Shown: positions 1 through 10,432, counted from the stretch's first letter. The stretch: 64,000 nt of DNA from an uncultured virus (IMG/VR IMGVR_UViG_3300048780_000186) (IMGVR_UViG_3300048780_000186); one strand, 5' to 3'. The notes: generated from the letters alone by a model not told the origin. A program made the numbers and translations.

Positions 1-563
1 TCGTCGAAGAACTTCTCATGCCAGCGGTCGAGCACTTCCATGAGCATGTGCTCTTTCTTGGCAGTGCCTTTCCCGGTCACGAACTTCTTCAGCTGCGTTG
101 GCGGGATCTCGATGAACGGAACATTCAGGTCATACAGGGCCACGCGGGTAACCCCGCCCAGCTCGCCCAGGCTGATGCCGCTCGACCCTTTGGCGCCGAA
201 GGCATAGCCCTCGATCATCACCAGGCACGAGATCCGTTCACCTTCTGTCGGCCGCTCAGGCACGCCCCACATGGCCAGGTTGGTCACCCGTTCCCGCAGC
301 CAGACCAGCCGGCGCATGCCCAGGACCGGGGTCACCTTCTTGGACTTGGTCGGATTGGGCTCCAAGACCCTCTCCTGACGGACTCCAGTCTTGACGTTGT
401 ACAGACACCATCCGGTGTGTTCGAGAGACATGTCGAGGCCCAGGATGTAGTCCGGAGCGGTCAGGCGTGTTTCGGTCAGAGCTGTGCTGGCCGGCTTGGG
501 CAGTCCGGCGATCTTCGGGATCTTCAACTTGGGCACTCTAACTTTGGGTGCATTGGGAATCAT
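1..563 (-). CDS. ruvC: RuvC-like Holliday junction resolvase (3' end outside window)
   Basis: Translated by hand, not in the ORF track: ILGLDMSLEHTGW...VMIEGYAFG...LGELGGV...IPPTQLKKFVTGKGTAKKEHM. Confidence 0.85.
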   Translation of the reverse strand, partial: MIPNAPKVRVPKLKIPKIAGLPKPASTALTETRLTAPDYILGLDMSLEHTGWCLYNVKTGVRQERVLEPNPTKSKKVTPVLGMRRLVWLRERVTNLAMWGVPERPTEGERISCLVMIEGYAFGAKGSSGISLGELGGVTRVALYDLNVPFIEIPPTQLKKFVTGKGTAKKEHMLMEVLDRWHEKFFD

Positions 564-566
564 GAT

Positions 567-818
567 TTACCTGCGGAACTGGCTCGGCACATGGCCGAAG
601 TGGTAGTGGTTTCCGGTGACTGGACAGAGGTAGACGTTCAAGTCCTCGCCATCGTAATAGGAGGCACCCATCAGGCTGAGCATCTCGCCTTCCGCCTGAT
701 CAAAGGTGTCGAAGTGCTGCTTGTTCAAACAGCACCGCTCAATGCGGAGTCGCTGGGAGCGGCACACCGTGCGACTCACACGCTCCCGCCGGCGCCGTAT
801 ACAACGCTTGCTGGCCAT
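567..818 (-). CDS. hypothetical protein, possible metal-binding
   Basis: 83 aa, YLCPVTGNHYHFGH; packed in operon. Confidence 0.6.
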   Translation of the reverse strand: MASKRCIRRRRERVSRTVCRSQRLRIERCCLNKQHFDTFDQAEGEMLSLMGASYYDGEDLNVYLCPVTGNHYHFGHVPSQFRR

Positions 819-820
819 GG

Positions 821-1285
821 CTATACCTCAAAGAGATCCTTCCCCTGTTCTTTCTGTCGTTCAGCCAGGGACTCTATCGTCTGCGACTTGCCGGATTTGG
901 CTTCGAGCAGAAGCGTGAGAACCTCTTCGATGTCTGCCTTGTACCAGGCCAAGGTGACCATCCACACACCGGTGGGCAGCAGGCGCGGCCGGTTCTTCAG
1001 GTTCAGATTGATGAAGCGGTGCTTCATGCTTTCGTGAAGTTCCTTCATATCCTTGGTCAGAGAATTCGTCGGCGCCAGGGCTTCGAGAATTGAAACCAGG
1101 TGCTGGATCTCCAAAGGCCGAAAGGGAATCCTGTAGGCATAGCGGGTGGGCTTGTCGACCTTGTTGCCCTCTCGGTCAAGCCACTCGCGCGTGGAGAAGA
1201 TTTCCCCGCGCTCGTAGTTGACCCACCAGCGGTGGATCTTTCCCAGCAAATCGTCACAAACGGGTTTGAACCACAGGCCTGCCAT
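821..1285 (-). CDS. hypothetical protein
   Basis: 154-aa ORF, packed in operon. Confidence 0.7.
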   Translation of the reverse strand: MAGLWFKPVCDDLLGKIHRWWVNYERGEIFSTREWLDREGNKVDKPTRYAYRIPFRPLEIQHLVSILEALAPTNSLTKDMKELHESMKHRFINLNLKNRPRLLPTGVWMVTLAWYKADIEEVLTLLLEAKSGKSQTIESLAERQKEQGKDLFEV

Positions 1286-1290
1286 GAGAA

Positions 1291-1491
1291 CTACCTCTGT
1301 CTGCCAAGGATCTGGCCGTCAAGCTTTCCGCCGTTCGGACCATACTTGGGGTTGATAACCGTGGGGGTCAGGCCGCCTTCGAAGAGACCGAGCTTTCCAA
1401 TCCCTTTGACATTGCGTGCAGGTGCCTTAATAGGGGGCACCGGAAAACGGGCTTTCGAGGAGCCCGACGTCTTGCGAGTCGTTTTGGCCAT
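1291..1491 (-). CDS. small basic hypothetical protein
   Basis: 66-aa ORF with upstream AAAGGA. Confidence 0.55.
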   Translation of the reverse strand: MAKTTRKTSGSSKARFPVPPIKAPARNVKGIGKLGLFEGGLTPTVINPKYGPNGGKLDGQILGRQR

Positions 1492-1510
1492 TGGAGGATG
1501 ATTCCTTTCA

Positions 1511-2044
1511 TTACCAGGTCCTGTCTTCGAATAGATCCTCTTCCGGTACGATCACCGGCTTCGTCTCATCAGTAAATCCGAATGCCCGCATCAGCCCCTT
1601 GTGCGATTCCGGAGACATCTGCATCGTTCCTCGGATCGTGCCACTGCCAAACTCCCCTGCCTTGAGAGCTATCCGCTCACTCATGGCACGAGCTGGATCG
1701 ACGTTGAGCATCACATCTCTGACATCGCATTCCACGGTTCGACCGTCAGGCGCCATGAGCACCATGTGGCAGTTGCTGTTGAGCATGGCGATGGTGCCAA
1801 CCGGAATGCGTGAATCTTGAACTACGTTTCCCGGAAAGCGAAAGCCATGGTAGGTTGTTCCAGTTCGCGGATCGAAGGCCTCGGCCAAGGGAGCACTGTC
1901 AGGATTCTGAAGGTCGCCCGAAAGGATGTTTCCCATGGCATGAGCACCATAAAGGTGCCCGTTGGTGTACGAGCTTCCGTAGGGAACGTCTGTGGCTGTG
2001 ATCTCCGTTCCAACTGACAGGTTCAAATCTTCTGTTGGAGGCAT
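1511..2044 (-). CDS. hypothetical protein
   Basis: 177 aa, TGATG coupling with upstream gene. Confidence 0.65.
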   Translation of the reverse strand: MPPTEDLNLSVGTEITATDVPYGSSYTNGHLYGAHAMGNILSGDLQNPDSAPLAEAFDPRTGTTYHGFRFPGNVVQDSRIPVGTIAMLNSNCHMVLMAPDGRTVECDVRDVMLNVDPARAMSERIALKAGEFGSGTIRGTMQMSPESHKGLMRAFGFTDETKPVIVPEEDLFEDRTW

Positions 2045-2406
2045 CAGCTCACCCTGTCGTTGTTGAAGGTTTCGCCATAGTCGAGACGCATCCGAAGCTG
2101 CCTCTCTTCTTCCCTGAGGTCTTCTGCCGTCTGCGGTGGGATGGTTGAGCGCAGTGGGAACCTCGGTGTCACCCGGTTCTTACCCATTACCGAGGAACTG
2201 GGTGACACCTTGTATCCAAGAATGCCCTCAAAGATCTGGTAGCCGCCGCCGTAGTGTGCGGGAAAGTCAATACGGGCAACAAAGCAATCGCTGTTGCCCG
2301 TGAAAGTCACTTCGAATCGCGCAACATCACTGGTGGGCATGCGAAGATGCATGAGCACCATCTTCATGGCCGCTGAACGGCGTTCGATACTGACTGGTCC
2401 GGCCAT
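2044..2406 (-). CDS. hypothetical protein
   Basis: 120 aa with purine-rich RBS. Confidence 0.65.
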   Translation of the reverse strand: MAGPVSIERRSAAMKMVLMHLRMPTSDVARFEVTFTGNSDCFVARIDFPAHYGGGYQIFEGILGYKVSPSSSVMGKNRVTPRFPLRSTIPPQTAEDLREEERQLRMRLDYGETFNNDRVS

Positions 2407-2417
2407 GCTTCCCCTTG

Positions 2418-2918
2418 CTATCGAAGAGTGGCCAAGGCCTTCTCATCGATGACATTATTCTGAGCCAGGAAGTAGGCCAGGGTGTCGAAGGTTCCGACAT
2501 CCGCGATATGAGCCAGCCAATCTTCATGGCTCCTCATGATCGACACGCTCTGGGGAGTGCGCGTGACCAGATAGATATGGATCTCCCGCTCAGCCTGCTT
2601 GTTGGGTTGCTTCATCAGCCACTCGGGATACTTCTGAAGATCAGTCGAGCGCGCGAGAAATGCATCCATCGTTTCCTTGAAGGCCACGAAGAACTTGTTG
2701 GTCGCTTTGTGTCGCACGGTTGCGATGTGCTCGTAGTAGACGACCTCATCACCCACGGGAGTCAGGCCCGACAAATGGGTCAGACGAGGATCGTAGGCAG
2801 TCGGGTTCTGACGACGGCCAACACCACCCGGCAATGGAAAGATCTTCGTACTGACAAGTTCCAGTCCGGTCAGGAACTCAACATTCACTGATCGGGATGC
2901 AAGTTGACGTTTGGACAC
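2418..2918 (-). CDS. hypothetical protein
   Basis: 166-aa ORF. Confidence 0.65.
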   Translation of the reverse strand: MSKRQLASRSVNVEFLTGLELVSTKIFPLPGGVGRRQNPTAYDPRLTHLSGLTPVGDEVVYYEHIATVRHKATNKFFVAFKETMDAFLARSTDLQKYPEWLMKQPNKQAEREIHIYLVTRTPQSVSIMRSHEDWLAHIADVGTFDTLAYFLAQNNVIDEKALATLR

Positions 2919-2919
2919 G

Positions 2920-3585
2920 TTACTGGCCCCCTTGACGCTTCATGCGCTCTCTGGCGCCCCCGGTGTAGATGGTGGCGGGTGTGGACGTGATCTCCTTGTG
3001 ATCGCCCGTGGACTGCACCGCCGCCGCAGCCGACCGGCCGCGTGTGCCTGTGGCAATCAAAGGAGCCGCGCCGAGTTCGCGCATCGTAATGCGTGCCGCA
3101 GGCTCAGGGGACTGCTCCTCTTCTGGAGTTTCCTCGTCGCCATTGGTCGCCAGCTCGACAGGTTCGGGCACTTCGCCGCCGGCCGCCCAGGTATTGAAGC
3201 GCGTAGCCAGCTCTTCGAACTGGGCCTTCAACCTGTTGTGCTCGGCCAGACTGACTGTGCCTTGCGCGACCTGATCGAGAGTAGTGCTGTTCCTGCGCGT
3301 GATTGCCAGTTTCAGGGACTGGACAAACAGATCACGTTCGGAACCTGCTGGCACACCGGAGCTGTAGTTTGACGGAATCATGATCTCGCCGCACGGGCAC
3401 AGGTACACCTTTTGAGGAGCCTGATTCACATTGCGATAGCCGGCGCCGGAGGTGGTGTACATGCCGGCCTGCGCCTCGATAAAGAAGATCGATCCGCAAG
3501 AAGGGCATTCGATGGGAGCATTGACCGCACTGGTCGCAGCTTGAACACGCAGCCTACTGGACTGCGGTTGGGTGGGTCTGTTCAT
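2920..3585 (-). CDS. zinc-ribbon hypothetical protein
   Basis: CPSCG...YLCPCG; start placed at MNRPTQ behind GAGGA. Confidence 0.65.
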   Translation of the reverse strand: MNRPTQPQSSRLRVQAATSAVNAPIECPSCGSIFFIEAQAGMYTTSGAGYRNVNQAPQKVYLCPCGEIMIPSNYSSGVPAGSERDLFVQSLKLAITRRNSTTLDQVAQGTVSLAEHNRLKAQFEELATRFNTWAAGGEVPEPVELATNGDEETPEEEQSPEPAARITMRELGAAPLIATGTRGRSAAAAVQSTGDHKEITSTPATIYTGGARERMKRQGGQ

Positions 3586-3847
3586 CTTGTTCCTCGTTGA
3601 TCTGTTGTTTGCTCTTGTTGCAGACCGTGCAAAGGCTGTGATCGATAGCCCACTCATGCTCATGTGGACGAATGTCTATCACTTCACCGTCTGTGATGCG
3701 GAACCGTTCCTCACCAGAGTCAGGACTGACCACAGTAAGATCGTCATCTCCAATCACCGCGTCGATGACGAGAAAGCCTTCGGCATCCCGAAAGCAGTTG
3801 ATCGGCTTGCGTTCGCCCTTCATAAAGACGGGCAGCGTTTCAGGCAT
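3554..3847 (-). CDS. hypothetical protein
   Basis: 97 aa, HEHEW...CTVC. Confidence 0.6.
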   Translation of the reverse strand: MPETLPVFMKGERKPINCFRDAEGFLVIDAVIGDDDLTVVSPDSGEERFRITDGEVIDIRPHEHEWAIDHSLCTVCNKSKQQINEEQDEQTHPTAVQ

Positions 3848-4532
3848 GAGCGAGACTCCTGCAGGGCTTGGTGGCGCAGTCCTCGCAATGAGAACCAGGC
3901 ACCGGATGGCCGGTATTCCGAATAGCGTCCAGTATGGAAGTGACTGCCTTGCGTACCAAAGGCAGATCGAAGTTCTTCATCTTCCAGGGTTCGCCGCGGA
4001 ACAACGGCAGGTGATAAACCCCCGGAACTGTGTAATCGGTTGAGGCCATCAGATGCACGTACCGGATCAGCTCGATCACGCCTGGCTGCTGGCAATAAGC
4101 CGGCCGCCATTCGTGGGTCTGCAGGATCATCGGTCGCTCGTCTGTGCGCCGGTCATGGCGCCGGAGCACCATGGCGTACTCGCCTTCAATGCAGTCGCCC
4201 GCACATTCGACGCTGTACGCCTCGACTGGCTTCAGCACTTCGTAATGCTGAAGGAATAGATACGTCTTCCTGGCGGCCGTATTGCCGGCACGAAGCCCTG
4301 CATAGTAAGCCTGCTGATGATCGGGAGCCCATCCTGCCGTGTGCCCGTTCCAGATGCTTTCAAACTTGCCACGCAAGGTAGCTACAGACACAAGCCTGCC
4401 CTTGAAAGCATCCAGGACGGCCCAGCGCAACAGCTTCTGGGCACATTCGTAGGAGGAAGGACCATGCCGATCCTCCATATCGAACATCGGGCACTTGAGA
4501 CGCAAGTCGATTTGGCGCTCGGTCAACAGCAT
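3840..4532 (-). CDS. Cas4/RecB-like PD-(D/E)XK-fold protein, probably catalytically degenerate
   Basis: N-terminal CP plus C-terminal PGSHCEDCATKPC Fe-S-type signature; D...ExK motif not evident. Confidence 0.55.
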   Translation of the reverse strand: MLLTERQIDLRLKCPMFDMEDRHGPSSYECAQKLLRWAVLDAFKGRLVSVATLRGKFESIWNGHTAGWAPDHQQAYYAGLRAGNTAARKTYLFLQHYEVLKPVEAYSVECAGDCIEGEYAMVLRRHDRRTDERPMILQTHEWRPAYCQQPGVIELIRYVHLMASTDYTVPGVYHLPLFRGEPWKMKNFDLPLVRKAVTSILDAIRNTGHPVPGSHCEDCATKPCRSLAHA

Positions 4533-4533
4533 G

Positions 4534-5088
4534 TCAGGCCGCTATCCTCTGGCCAGGGTCCAGCACGGGGACTCGCCAGTCCTGGATCGGTTCGAGCGGG
4601 AGTTCCCGTGCGGTTCCGACTCCTTCGGGCATGAGGACTGCTTCGCAGACGGCGAGCGCCTCGTCGAGGGTCTCCACACGGAAGCCGGCCGTGCGCCGGA
4701 CCATCGGATGGTCATAAGGATTCCCTGTCTTCTCCATGACGAGGATGACTGGGATGCGGTACACATCCGCCCAGCCAAGCTCGATGCAGGTTCCGGGCGA
4801 AACAAATGTGGCGCCCAGCAGATTGACGATCAAGGCATCCGCGCGCGTGCAATCGTTGCGATCGCGGGCTGTGATTCCGCTTTCACAGCAGAGAGGATGG
4901 TCCTCATAGCTGTTCCAGATCTTGCCCAGGCGGGCAAGCCGCTGGGACTTTGCCCGAAGCGGCGAAATTGCCCGGATTTCCTGTGGCAGGTTCTGGCTCG
5001 CATAAGCACGCCAGGCTTGCGCCTCGTCGTAGGTCATGCCGGAGATTGGGCCGGCGAGGTAGACGAGGAAGTCGCGTCCGTGTTTCAT
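4534..5088 (-). CDS. nucleoside 2-deoxyribosyltransferase-family protein
   Basis: VYLAGPISG, RDRNDCTRADALIV, SPGTCIELGWA. Confidence 0.85.
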   Translation of the reverse strand: MKHGRDFLVYLAGPISGMTYDEAQAWRAYASQNLPQEIRAISPLRAKSQRLARLGKIWNSYEDHPLCCESGITARDRNDCTRADALIVNLLGATFVSPGTCIELGWADVYRIPVILVMEKTGNPYDHPMVRRTAGFRVETLDEALAVCEAVLMPEGVGTARELPLEPIQDWRVPVLDPGQRIAA

Positions 5089-5111
5089 GCAGCTCCTTCT
5101 GTTGAACTGAG

Positions 5112-5513
5112 TTAGGCCGCCTGTTTGCGCCTGGACAGCCTTGGCACGTCCTGGCTCTCGGTCTCGATCTGAACCGGCTGGTCACCAATCTCGATCACGG
5201 TTGGCTCCGGGAATTGGATTGGTTCATCCGCCGGGATCTGAACAGTCCCCTCGGCCGCCAGCTCAACTGTCGAATCCGTTGAGGTGTCGATCGCGGGTTC
5301 ATCAGTGCAAAGCAAGCCCTTGGAATCGAACCGAAGGTCTTCAGCAAAGTGAACGATATTGGCCGGGTTGTGCCCGGTGGTCTTTAGGAACGCCGCGGAC
5401 ATGCCGACTTTCTCGACCAACTGTTCGGGAATAAGGGCATGGTTACCGTGTCCCGTATAGTTTCCACCGAAAAAGGTGGGATCGAACTCAACCTTGTAGT
5501 TCCGTGTGCTCAT
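5112..5513 (-). CDS. hypothetical protein
   Basis: 133 aa, GAGGAG RBS. Confidence 0.7.
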   Translation of the reverse strand: MSTRNYKVEFDPTFFGGNYTGHGNHALIPEQLVEKVGMSAAFLKTTGHNPANIVHFAEDLRFDSKGLLCTDEPAIDTSTDSTVELAAEGTVQIPADEPIQFPEPTVIEIGDQPVQIETESQDVPRLSRRKQAA

Positions 5514-5562
5514 TGATGCTCCTCTTCACTTCGTTGTGCCAGGCAGGCCAGGCCGGACCTGC

Positions 5563-5574
5563 CTAACGGTTAGT
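5563..5574. promoter_or_regulatory. operator-like motif A (CTAACGGTTAGT)
   Basis: Palindrome CTAAC-N-GTTAG, recurring upstream of genes. Confidence 0.55.
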
Positions 5575-5578
5575 AGAC

Positions 5579-8188
5579 TCACAGCTTGGACCTGTACGCG
5601 GCCCTGGAGCCTGCCAGAGTGCCTCGTGCCGACTTGTCGGCCTTATCCCTGGTAGCCGCTGCTTCGACCAGCCTGGTGCGGTATTGCTGCTGTTCCCGAT
5701 CGGAACATTCGATCATCTGGCCAGACTTGTCTTCCAGCCGGTAGAAGATCGTTCCCTTCGTGCCGGTGATCTTGTTCTTGTCGATGATGACTTCGATGAT
5801 CGGCTTCCTGATGGCGACCCGAGCTTGAACCCCATCAGGGTTCGTGACCGTTTCCATCCATTCGGAAGACTCCCACCAGACGTCAACGTTGTTGGGAACG
5901 TCACACCAGTCCTGAAGCTGGTTGTAGACTCCGCAGTTGGCCTTGGCATCGAAAGAGAGGCCAGCCGATCCCTTCAGGTTCAGATACGTCGGGCGAGAAC
6001 CCGGGCGCAACTGCTCCTTCGGAATCTCCATCGTGAACAAGGCGGTCGTGCGATTGGCTGCAACGATCTCCTCGTTGATGAAGCGAGACATGGCACGGAT
6101 ATAACCCTCGCCTGTCTCATTGGTGACCAGGCTGTACAGGTGGAAGTTGTCTCCGACCACCAACAGCGCGTGATCGGGAAACTTCTTCCGCAGATCCTGA
6201 ACCCACGACTTCAGGCAGCCAAGGTCAGAAGGCAAGATCGAAGGATCGACAACGATCAGGCGCTCATCCTCGTGCATCTTGCGATACCAGGTCTTGGCGG
6301 CGTGATAGCGTTCGTGGAAGTCCTCAGGTGCAAGCTCCTGGCCCTCCGGGTGGTTCATGTAGTAACCCGGCCGGCGGAAGCAGTCGCTTGGCATCCCTGT
6401 ATAGGCACCCAGCAGGCGGTTGATGCGATCATTCATCGAGTCATCGACCGTGTGCAGAAGCATGATCAGGTCTTCGTTGTTCTCCAGCAGCCCGATGATC
6501 TGGTTGTCGAGGACAATCGACTTGCCATGGTGAGGCTTGCCCGGATAGCAAAGCATCGAGCCATACCGCGGGATGCCACCGAACATCTTGTCGAAGATCG
6601 GGTATCCCGTCCGCAACTCGTACTCAGTGATATTTCGCTCCTTCTGATCGAAGAGAACGTCGATGGTTTTCAGCACCGATTCCGGGTTGTAGCCGATCTT
6701 CTTCTTGCTGAGGGTTTCAAGCTGCGCCGTGGCGGCAGCGAGGTGGGCCTCAATGTGGGCCGGGTCCTGGCGGAGCTTCTTGGCAACGGTATCGCCGATC
6801 AGCGACCGCTCTTCGTCCAGCCTCGCATCCTCCTTGTCCATCAGACGGAGGACTTCCTTCATTACGAAGTCTTCGTTGGTGTTAGTCCAGTGGGCCAATT
6901 GCCGGGCCTGACGCATCCTCAGGATGTTCGACGGCTCGTTGATAATCAGCGGAATCGTCGACTCGCAGATGGTAAACGGATCTTCTCCGGCTTCCCGTCT
7001 GCATTTCAGGCTCCAGGTAAACATGTCCAGACGTTCCAGTTTGCGCCAGGCGTCAGTTCCTTTCTCCAGGGTCTCGAATCGGCGAATGTACTCATCCGGA
7101 TCTTTGACGCCATCGGGAGTGGTGATGACCTCCAACCGGGTGCCCACACTGCCACTGACCTCTTCGACCAGCTTGACGACCCGCTCCACACCCTTCTTGC
7201 CGGCCTTGTCGTTGTCCATCCCGACAATGATGTGGCGCTTGCCAAGCGACAGCAGAAGCTCCAGGTGCTCGCGAGTGAAGGCCGTGCCGCAGGTGGCGAC
7301 TGTCCCCAGTTCACCACCGGCATACAGGGTCACACAATCAGGGTTTCCCTCTACCACCGTGATTGGGCCATCGAACTTCTTGGCCAGATCCAGGTTGTAG
7401 AGCAGATTCCGCTTATTGAACAGCGTGCCTTCCTCACGGGTGTGGACGTACTTCTTGGCCTCCCGTTTGGTCTTGCCGGCATCGAAGTCGGCCTGATGCT
7501 CAATGAACAGCAGGTCACGCGCCGAGAAACCAATGGGCGAGCCATTTACATCCCGGATGGTGTAGATCAGGGATTCCGGGCTGAAGATTCGGCTGGCGTT
7601 GTGGTGCTCCCGGCTGTCGGCAAGGTCGCAACTTTGCAGTAGATCCAGCGAGTGCTTGTACTGCACCGTCATCCTGTGCAGATAGTCATCGTAGGACTTC
7701 ACGGTGCCAATGCCCATCTTGTAGCGAAGGCCTTGATCCCAACGCAGCTCGTGGACTTTGTTCAGGACGATGGGAGGAAGCTCATTGTCCTTGACATGCC
7801 GAACGATTTGGTAGGCGTGCGAGTAGGCGGTGATGACTTCCATCTCCCGCAGTTCTTCCGTCGTCAGATCGGGTGCCTCAAACGGAATGTTGAATCGATC
7901 GGCCAGGTACTTGACCGTCTCGGTCACCCAGCCCGGGCCAGACGAAGGGCGACCCTCCAACCAGACACAGAGATCGAAGATGTCGAAGGAAGTCTGACAC
8001 GAGAAGCAGTAGCCCCGGTTGCTAAACCGGATGAGACCTGCCGAAGGGTGCTTATCCGGATGGTCCGGGTTGGGGCAAGAGAACCTCTTGCCGGTGTCGT
8101 AACCGCAAGCTGTCAGGTATTCCGTAATGTACATCGGCTCTTTGATCTGCGCGATTACCTGATCGAGGGCCTGTCTACTGCTGGTCAT
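5579..8188 (-). CDS. DNA primase-helicase (CHC2 Zn finger + TOPRIM + DnaB-like helicase)
   Basis: CPNPDHPDKHPS...CFSC; VVEGNPD, MDNDKAG, KDPDE; Walker A GKPHHGKS. Confidence 0.9.
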   Translation of the reverse strand: MTSSRQALDQVIAQIKEPMYITEYLTACGYDTGKRFSCPNPDHPDKHPSAGLIRFSNRGYCFSCQTSFDIFDLCVWLEGRPSSGPGWVTETVKYLADRFNIPFEAPDLTTEELREMEVITAYSHAYQIVRHVKDNELPPIVLNKVHELRWDQGLRYKMGIGTVKSYDDYLHRMTVQYKHSLDLLQSCDLADSREHHNASRIFSPESLIYTIRDVNGSPIGFSARDLLFIEHQADFDAGKTKREAKKYVHTREEGTLFNKRNLLYNLDLAKKFDGPITVVEGNPDCVTLYAGGELGTVATCGTAFTREHLELLLSLGKRHIIVGMDNDKAGKKGVERVVKLVEEVSGSVGTRLEVITTPDGVKDPDEYIRRFETLEKGTDAWRKLERLDMFTWSLKCRREAGEDPFTICESTIPLIINEPSNILRMRQARQLAHWTNTNEDFVMKEVLRLMDKEDARLDEERSLIGDTVAKKLRQDPAHIEAHLAAATAQLETLSKKKIGYNPESVLKTIDVLFDQKERNITEYELRTGYPIFDKMFGGIPRYGSMLCYPGKPHHGKSIVLDNQIIGLLENNEDLIMLLHTVDDSMNDRINRLLGAYTGMPSDCFRRPGYYMNHPEGQELAPEDFHERYHAAKTWYRKMHEDERLIVVDPSILPSDLGCLKSWVQDLRKKFPDHALLVVGDNFHLYSLVTNETGEGYIRAMSRFINEEIVAANRTTALFTMEIPKEQLRPGSRPTYLNLKGSAGLSFDAKANCGVYNQLQDWCDVPNNVDVWWESSEWMETVTNPDGVQARVAIRKPIIEVIIDKNKITGTKGTIFYRLEDKSGQMIECSDREQQQYRTRLVEAAATRDKADKSARGTLAGSRAAYRSKL

Positions 8189-8772
8189 GAGTCTTTCTCC
8201 GTGAGATAGCCGAGTACGCGAGCGAAATCCGTCTCATCGAAAACCACTACCCCGACGCCATGCTGATTTCTCAGCACCAATCCGCCAATGGACATCTTGG
8301 CCCGAGTCGCATCCTGCCTGACCTTCGTCAGTTCAGACAGCAACACGACCGGGTTTTCTCTTTGGGACTGGAACTTGGTATCGAGGGTGATGAAGCCGGC
8401 CGCGACATGATCGCCGTCCCTATTCGAGCGGCCAGAGTTCTTGGTGGCGGTAATGTTGAGATGCTTCCCAGTTGCTTGCTCAGCAGCCTCAGCCCGTTGC
8501 AGAACCTTCTTCTTGCCGCGGTCCTTCTTTAGCCGGGTCTGCTGTGCATCCCGAGACTTCTGCATTCGGGCGAGCGTCTTCTCGTGTTCCAGCACAGGAT
8601 GGGCGCGCTGCTTGCTGCTGGTAAGGGCAATCCAGTAGCAGCGTTCCAATCCCAAGTCCTCATTACCCGGAGCGAGCCGGCAGAGGCAGCATTTGCCTCG
8701 TACCGGCCCAACAAGGGTGTCCGAGTTCTTGCACCGGTTGGCGCCAAACTCACACGACTCAGCAACGGGCAT
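8185..8772 (-). CDS. putative PD-(D/E)XK nuclease/resolvase with Cys-rich N-terminus
   Basis: E...TKNSG...DGD...LDTK pattern. Confidence 0.5.
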   Translation of the reverse strand: MPVAESCEFGANRCKNSDTLVGPVRGKCCLCRLAPGNEDLGLERCYWIALTSSKQRAHPVLEHEKTLARMQKSRDAQQTRLKKDRGKKKVLQRAEAAEQATGKHLNITATKNSGRSNRDGDHVAAGFITLDTKFQSQRENPVVLLSELTKVRQDATRAKMSIGGLVLRNQHGVGVVVFDETDFARVLGYLTEKDS

Positions 8773-8775
8773 TGA

Positions 8776-9963
8776 CTAAGCCGCCTCAGCTTCTTGGAAC
8801 TCCTCAGCCTCAGCTGCTGCCGCCGCCGCCTCGTCTCCGTGCTCGAAACCGACTTCAGGTATTACATCCTCGCCATCGATCAATTGCTTGATTCCGTCGA
8901 AGATGGAACGGTGCTCACCAATCAAATCACGATAGGAACCCAGTTCGCCCTGACACTTCCAGGGGGCGCTCTTCTTCCGCTCATCGACATTCTTGCCCTC
9001 GCCGAGGATGTAGAACCATCCGCCGAACTTGGTGATGATGCCGACACGAAGCGCCTGCTTGAAGTAGTCATACTCCTTGGAAAACCCTTCACCGAAGATG
9101 TAATAGAGATCGGTGTAGCGCCAGTTGGCGCCGAGCCGGTCCTTGACCAGCTTCACACGGGTGATGAACCCGTATGGATCTTTGTCGCCCTCCGCCAGCT
9201 TGCCGATCACTTCCAATTCGAAGCGCAATGAGCTGTATCGAGGCACTGACTTACCGCCAGATGTCGAGTAGCTCACCATCGTTCCGCCGATGGATTTGTT
9301 TGCATGATTCAGCCAGCAGACATGTGAACGGCGGGTGGTGTTCTTGCGGAAAAAGCCCCTCATCTTCTTCGAGATACCGCCGACCAGATCGTTATCACTT
9401 GTCGTCTTGGCGGCGTCGGCTTCAGAGACCAATGCATCCACCGAATCGACAATCAAGAGATCGAACACGTTGGCTGCCTTGGCAATGAGGTCAAGCACAG
9501 CTTCCACATAGACCATCTCGGTCTCGCAGTCTTCCGCCTTGACTTTCACCTGCACCAGACGAACAGCATAAAGGCCCCTGGCTTCGGCTTCGGCCTTGTC
9601 GGTGATGAACCCCAGCTGCTTCAGATACGCAGCGGTCATGCTGCCTTCGATGTCGAGGATTCCCACGCGAAGACCCAGCAGCTGCCAGGTCACACCGATG
9701 GCCAGAGCGAGACTGGTCTTGCCGGCATGCTCCTTCTTCGAATAGATCTCCGAATGGCGGCACTTGGGAAGCCCACAGTTGATGCCACGATCGTCGATCG
9801 CATGATCCAGGCCGGGAAATCCGGTCGTGACGCACACGACGTCGTTGTCGTATTCGTCCGCCAGCTTCAAGGCGTCGCCAAGACCCAGCGTGGCAAGCTG
9901 GGCCTCGAACGCATCATTGATGCCGACGGGCTCCTTCTGTTCCTTCTTCTTCCGTGGTGGCAT
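8776..9963 (-). CDS. recA: RecA/UvsX-like recombinase
   Basis: TTGFPGLD, HAGKTSLAL, LDIEG, LLIVDSVDAL, TSGGKSVPRYSSLR; start at MPPRKKK. Confidence 0.9.
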   Translation of the reverse strand: MPPRKKKEQKEPVGINDAFEAQLATLGLGDALKLADEYDNDVVCVTTGFPGLDHAIDDRGINCGLPKCRHSEIYSKKEHAGKTSLALAIGVTWQLLGLRVGILDIEGSMTAAYLKQLGFITDKAEAEARGLYAVRLVQVKVKAEDCETEMVYVEAVLDLIAKAANVFDLLIVDSVDALVSEADAAKTTSDNDLVGGISKKMRGFFRKNTTRRSHVCWLNHANKSIGGTMVSYSTSGGKSVPRYSSLRFELEVIGKLAEGDKDPYGFITRVKLVKDRLGANWRYTDLYYIFGEGFSKEYDYFKQALRVGIITKFGGWFYILGEGKNVDERKKSAPWKCQGELGSYRDLIGEHRSIFDGIKQLIDGEDVIPEVGFEHGDEAAAAAAEAEEFQEAEAA

Positions 9964-9970
9964 AGTGCTC

Positions 9971-10432
9971 CTAGTTGTTGGTTCCTTCCTCGATCCCGAG
10001 GAGTTTCTTGCAGAGGTTGACCCGGCTGTCCACAGACTTGACCAGGCCTTCGAGCCATGTCTCCAGGCCGAGGAAACCAGCCAGGAGCCGCTTCTGATAG
10101 GCCTCGCGGTCGAAATCAGAGATGCCCTTCTCGCGCTTGACAATGAAGTGATCGCTCTTGCAGTGCGAGACGAAGCAGGTGGCCAAGCCAAACCAGCGTG
10201 TGGTCCGTTCCCTCCAGCGTTCCACCGAAGTCATGTGGTCCAGCAGGTTGGCCACATCATTGGACCGGACATCCAGACGCAGGAGCCGCAACAGCGGGTC
10301 TCCTGCCTCATAGATCGCATCCTCAAACTTGGCCATCTCCGCCATCAGCTCGGACTCTTTGGTGAGAGCCAGAATCTGCTGGACCCGACTGACAGGCATG
10401 ACGGTTGGTTTGGGAAACTCGGCGTTAGCCAA
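9971..10432 (-). CDS. UvsY-like recombination mediator (putative)
   Basis: Helical 153 aa directly upstream of recA; C-terminus LEGLVKSVDSRVNLCKKLL recalls the T4 UvsY C-terminus. Confidence 0.5.
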   Translation of the reverse strand: MANAEFPKPTVMPVSRVQQILALTKESELMAEMAKFEDAIYEAGDPLLRLLRLDVRSNDVANLLDHMTSVERWRERTTRWFGLATCFVSHCKSDHFIVKREKGISDFDREAYQKRLLAGFLGLETWLEGLVKSVDSRVNLCKKLLGIEEGTNN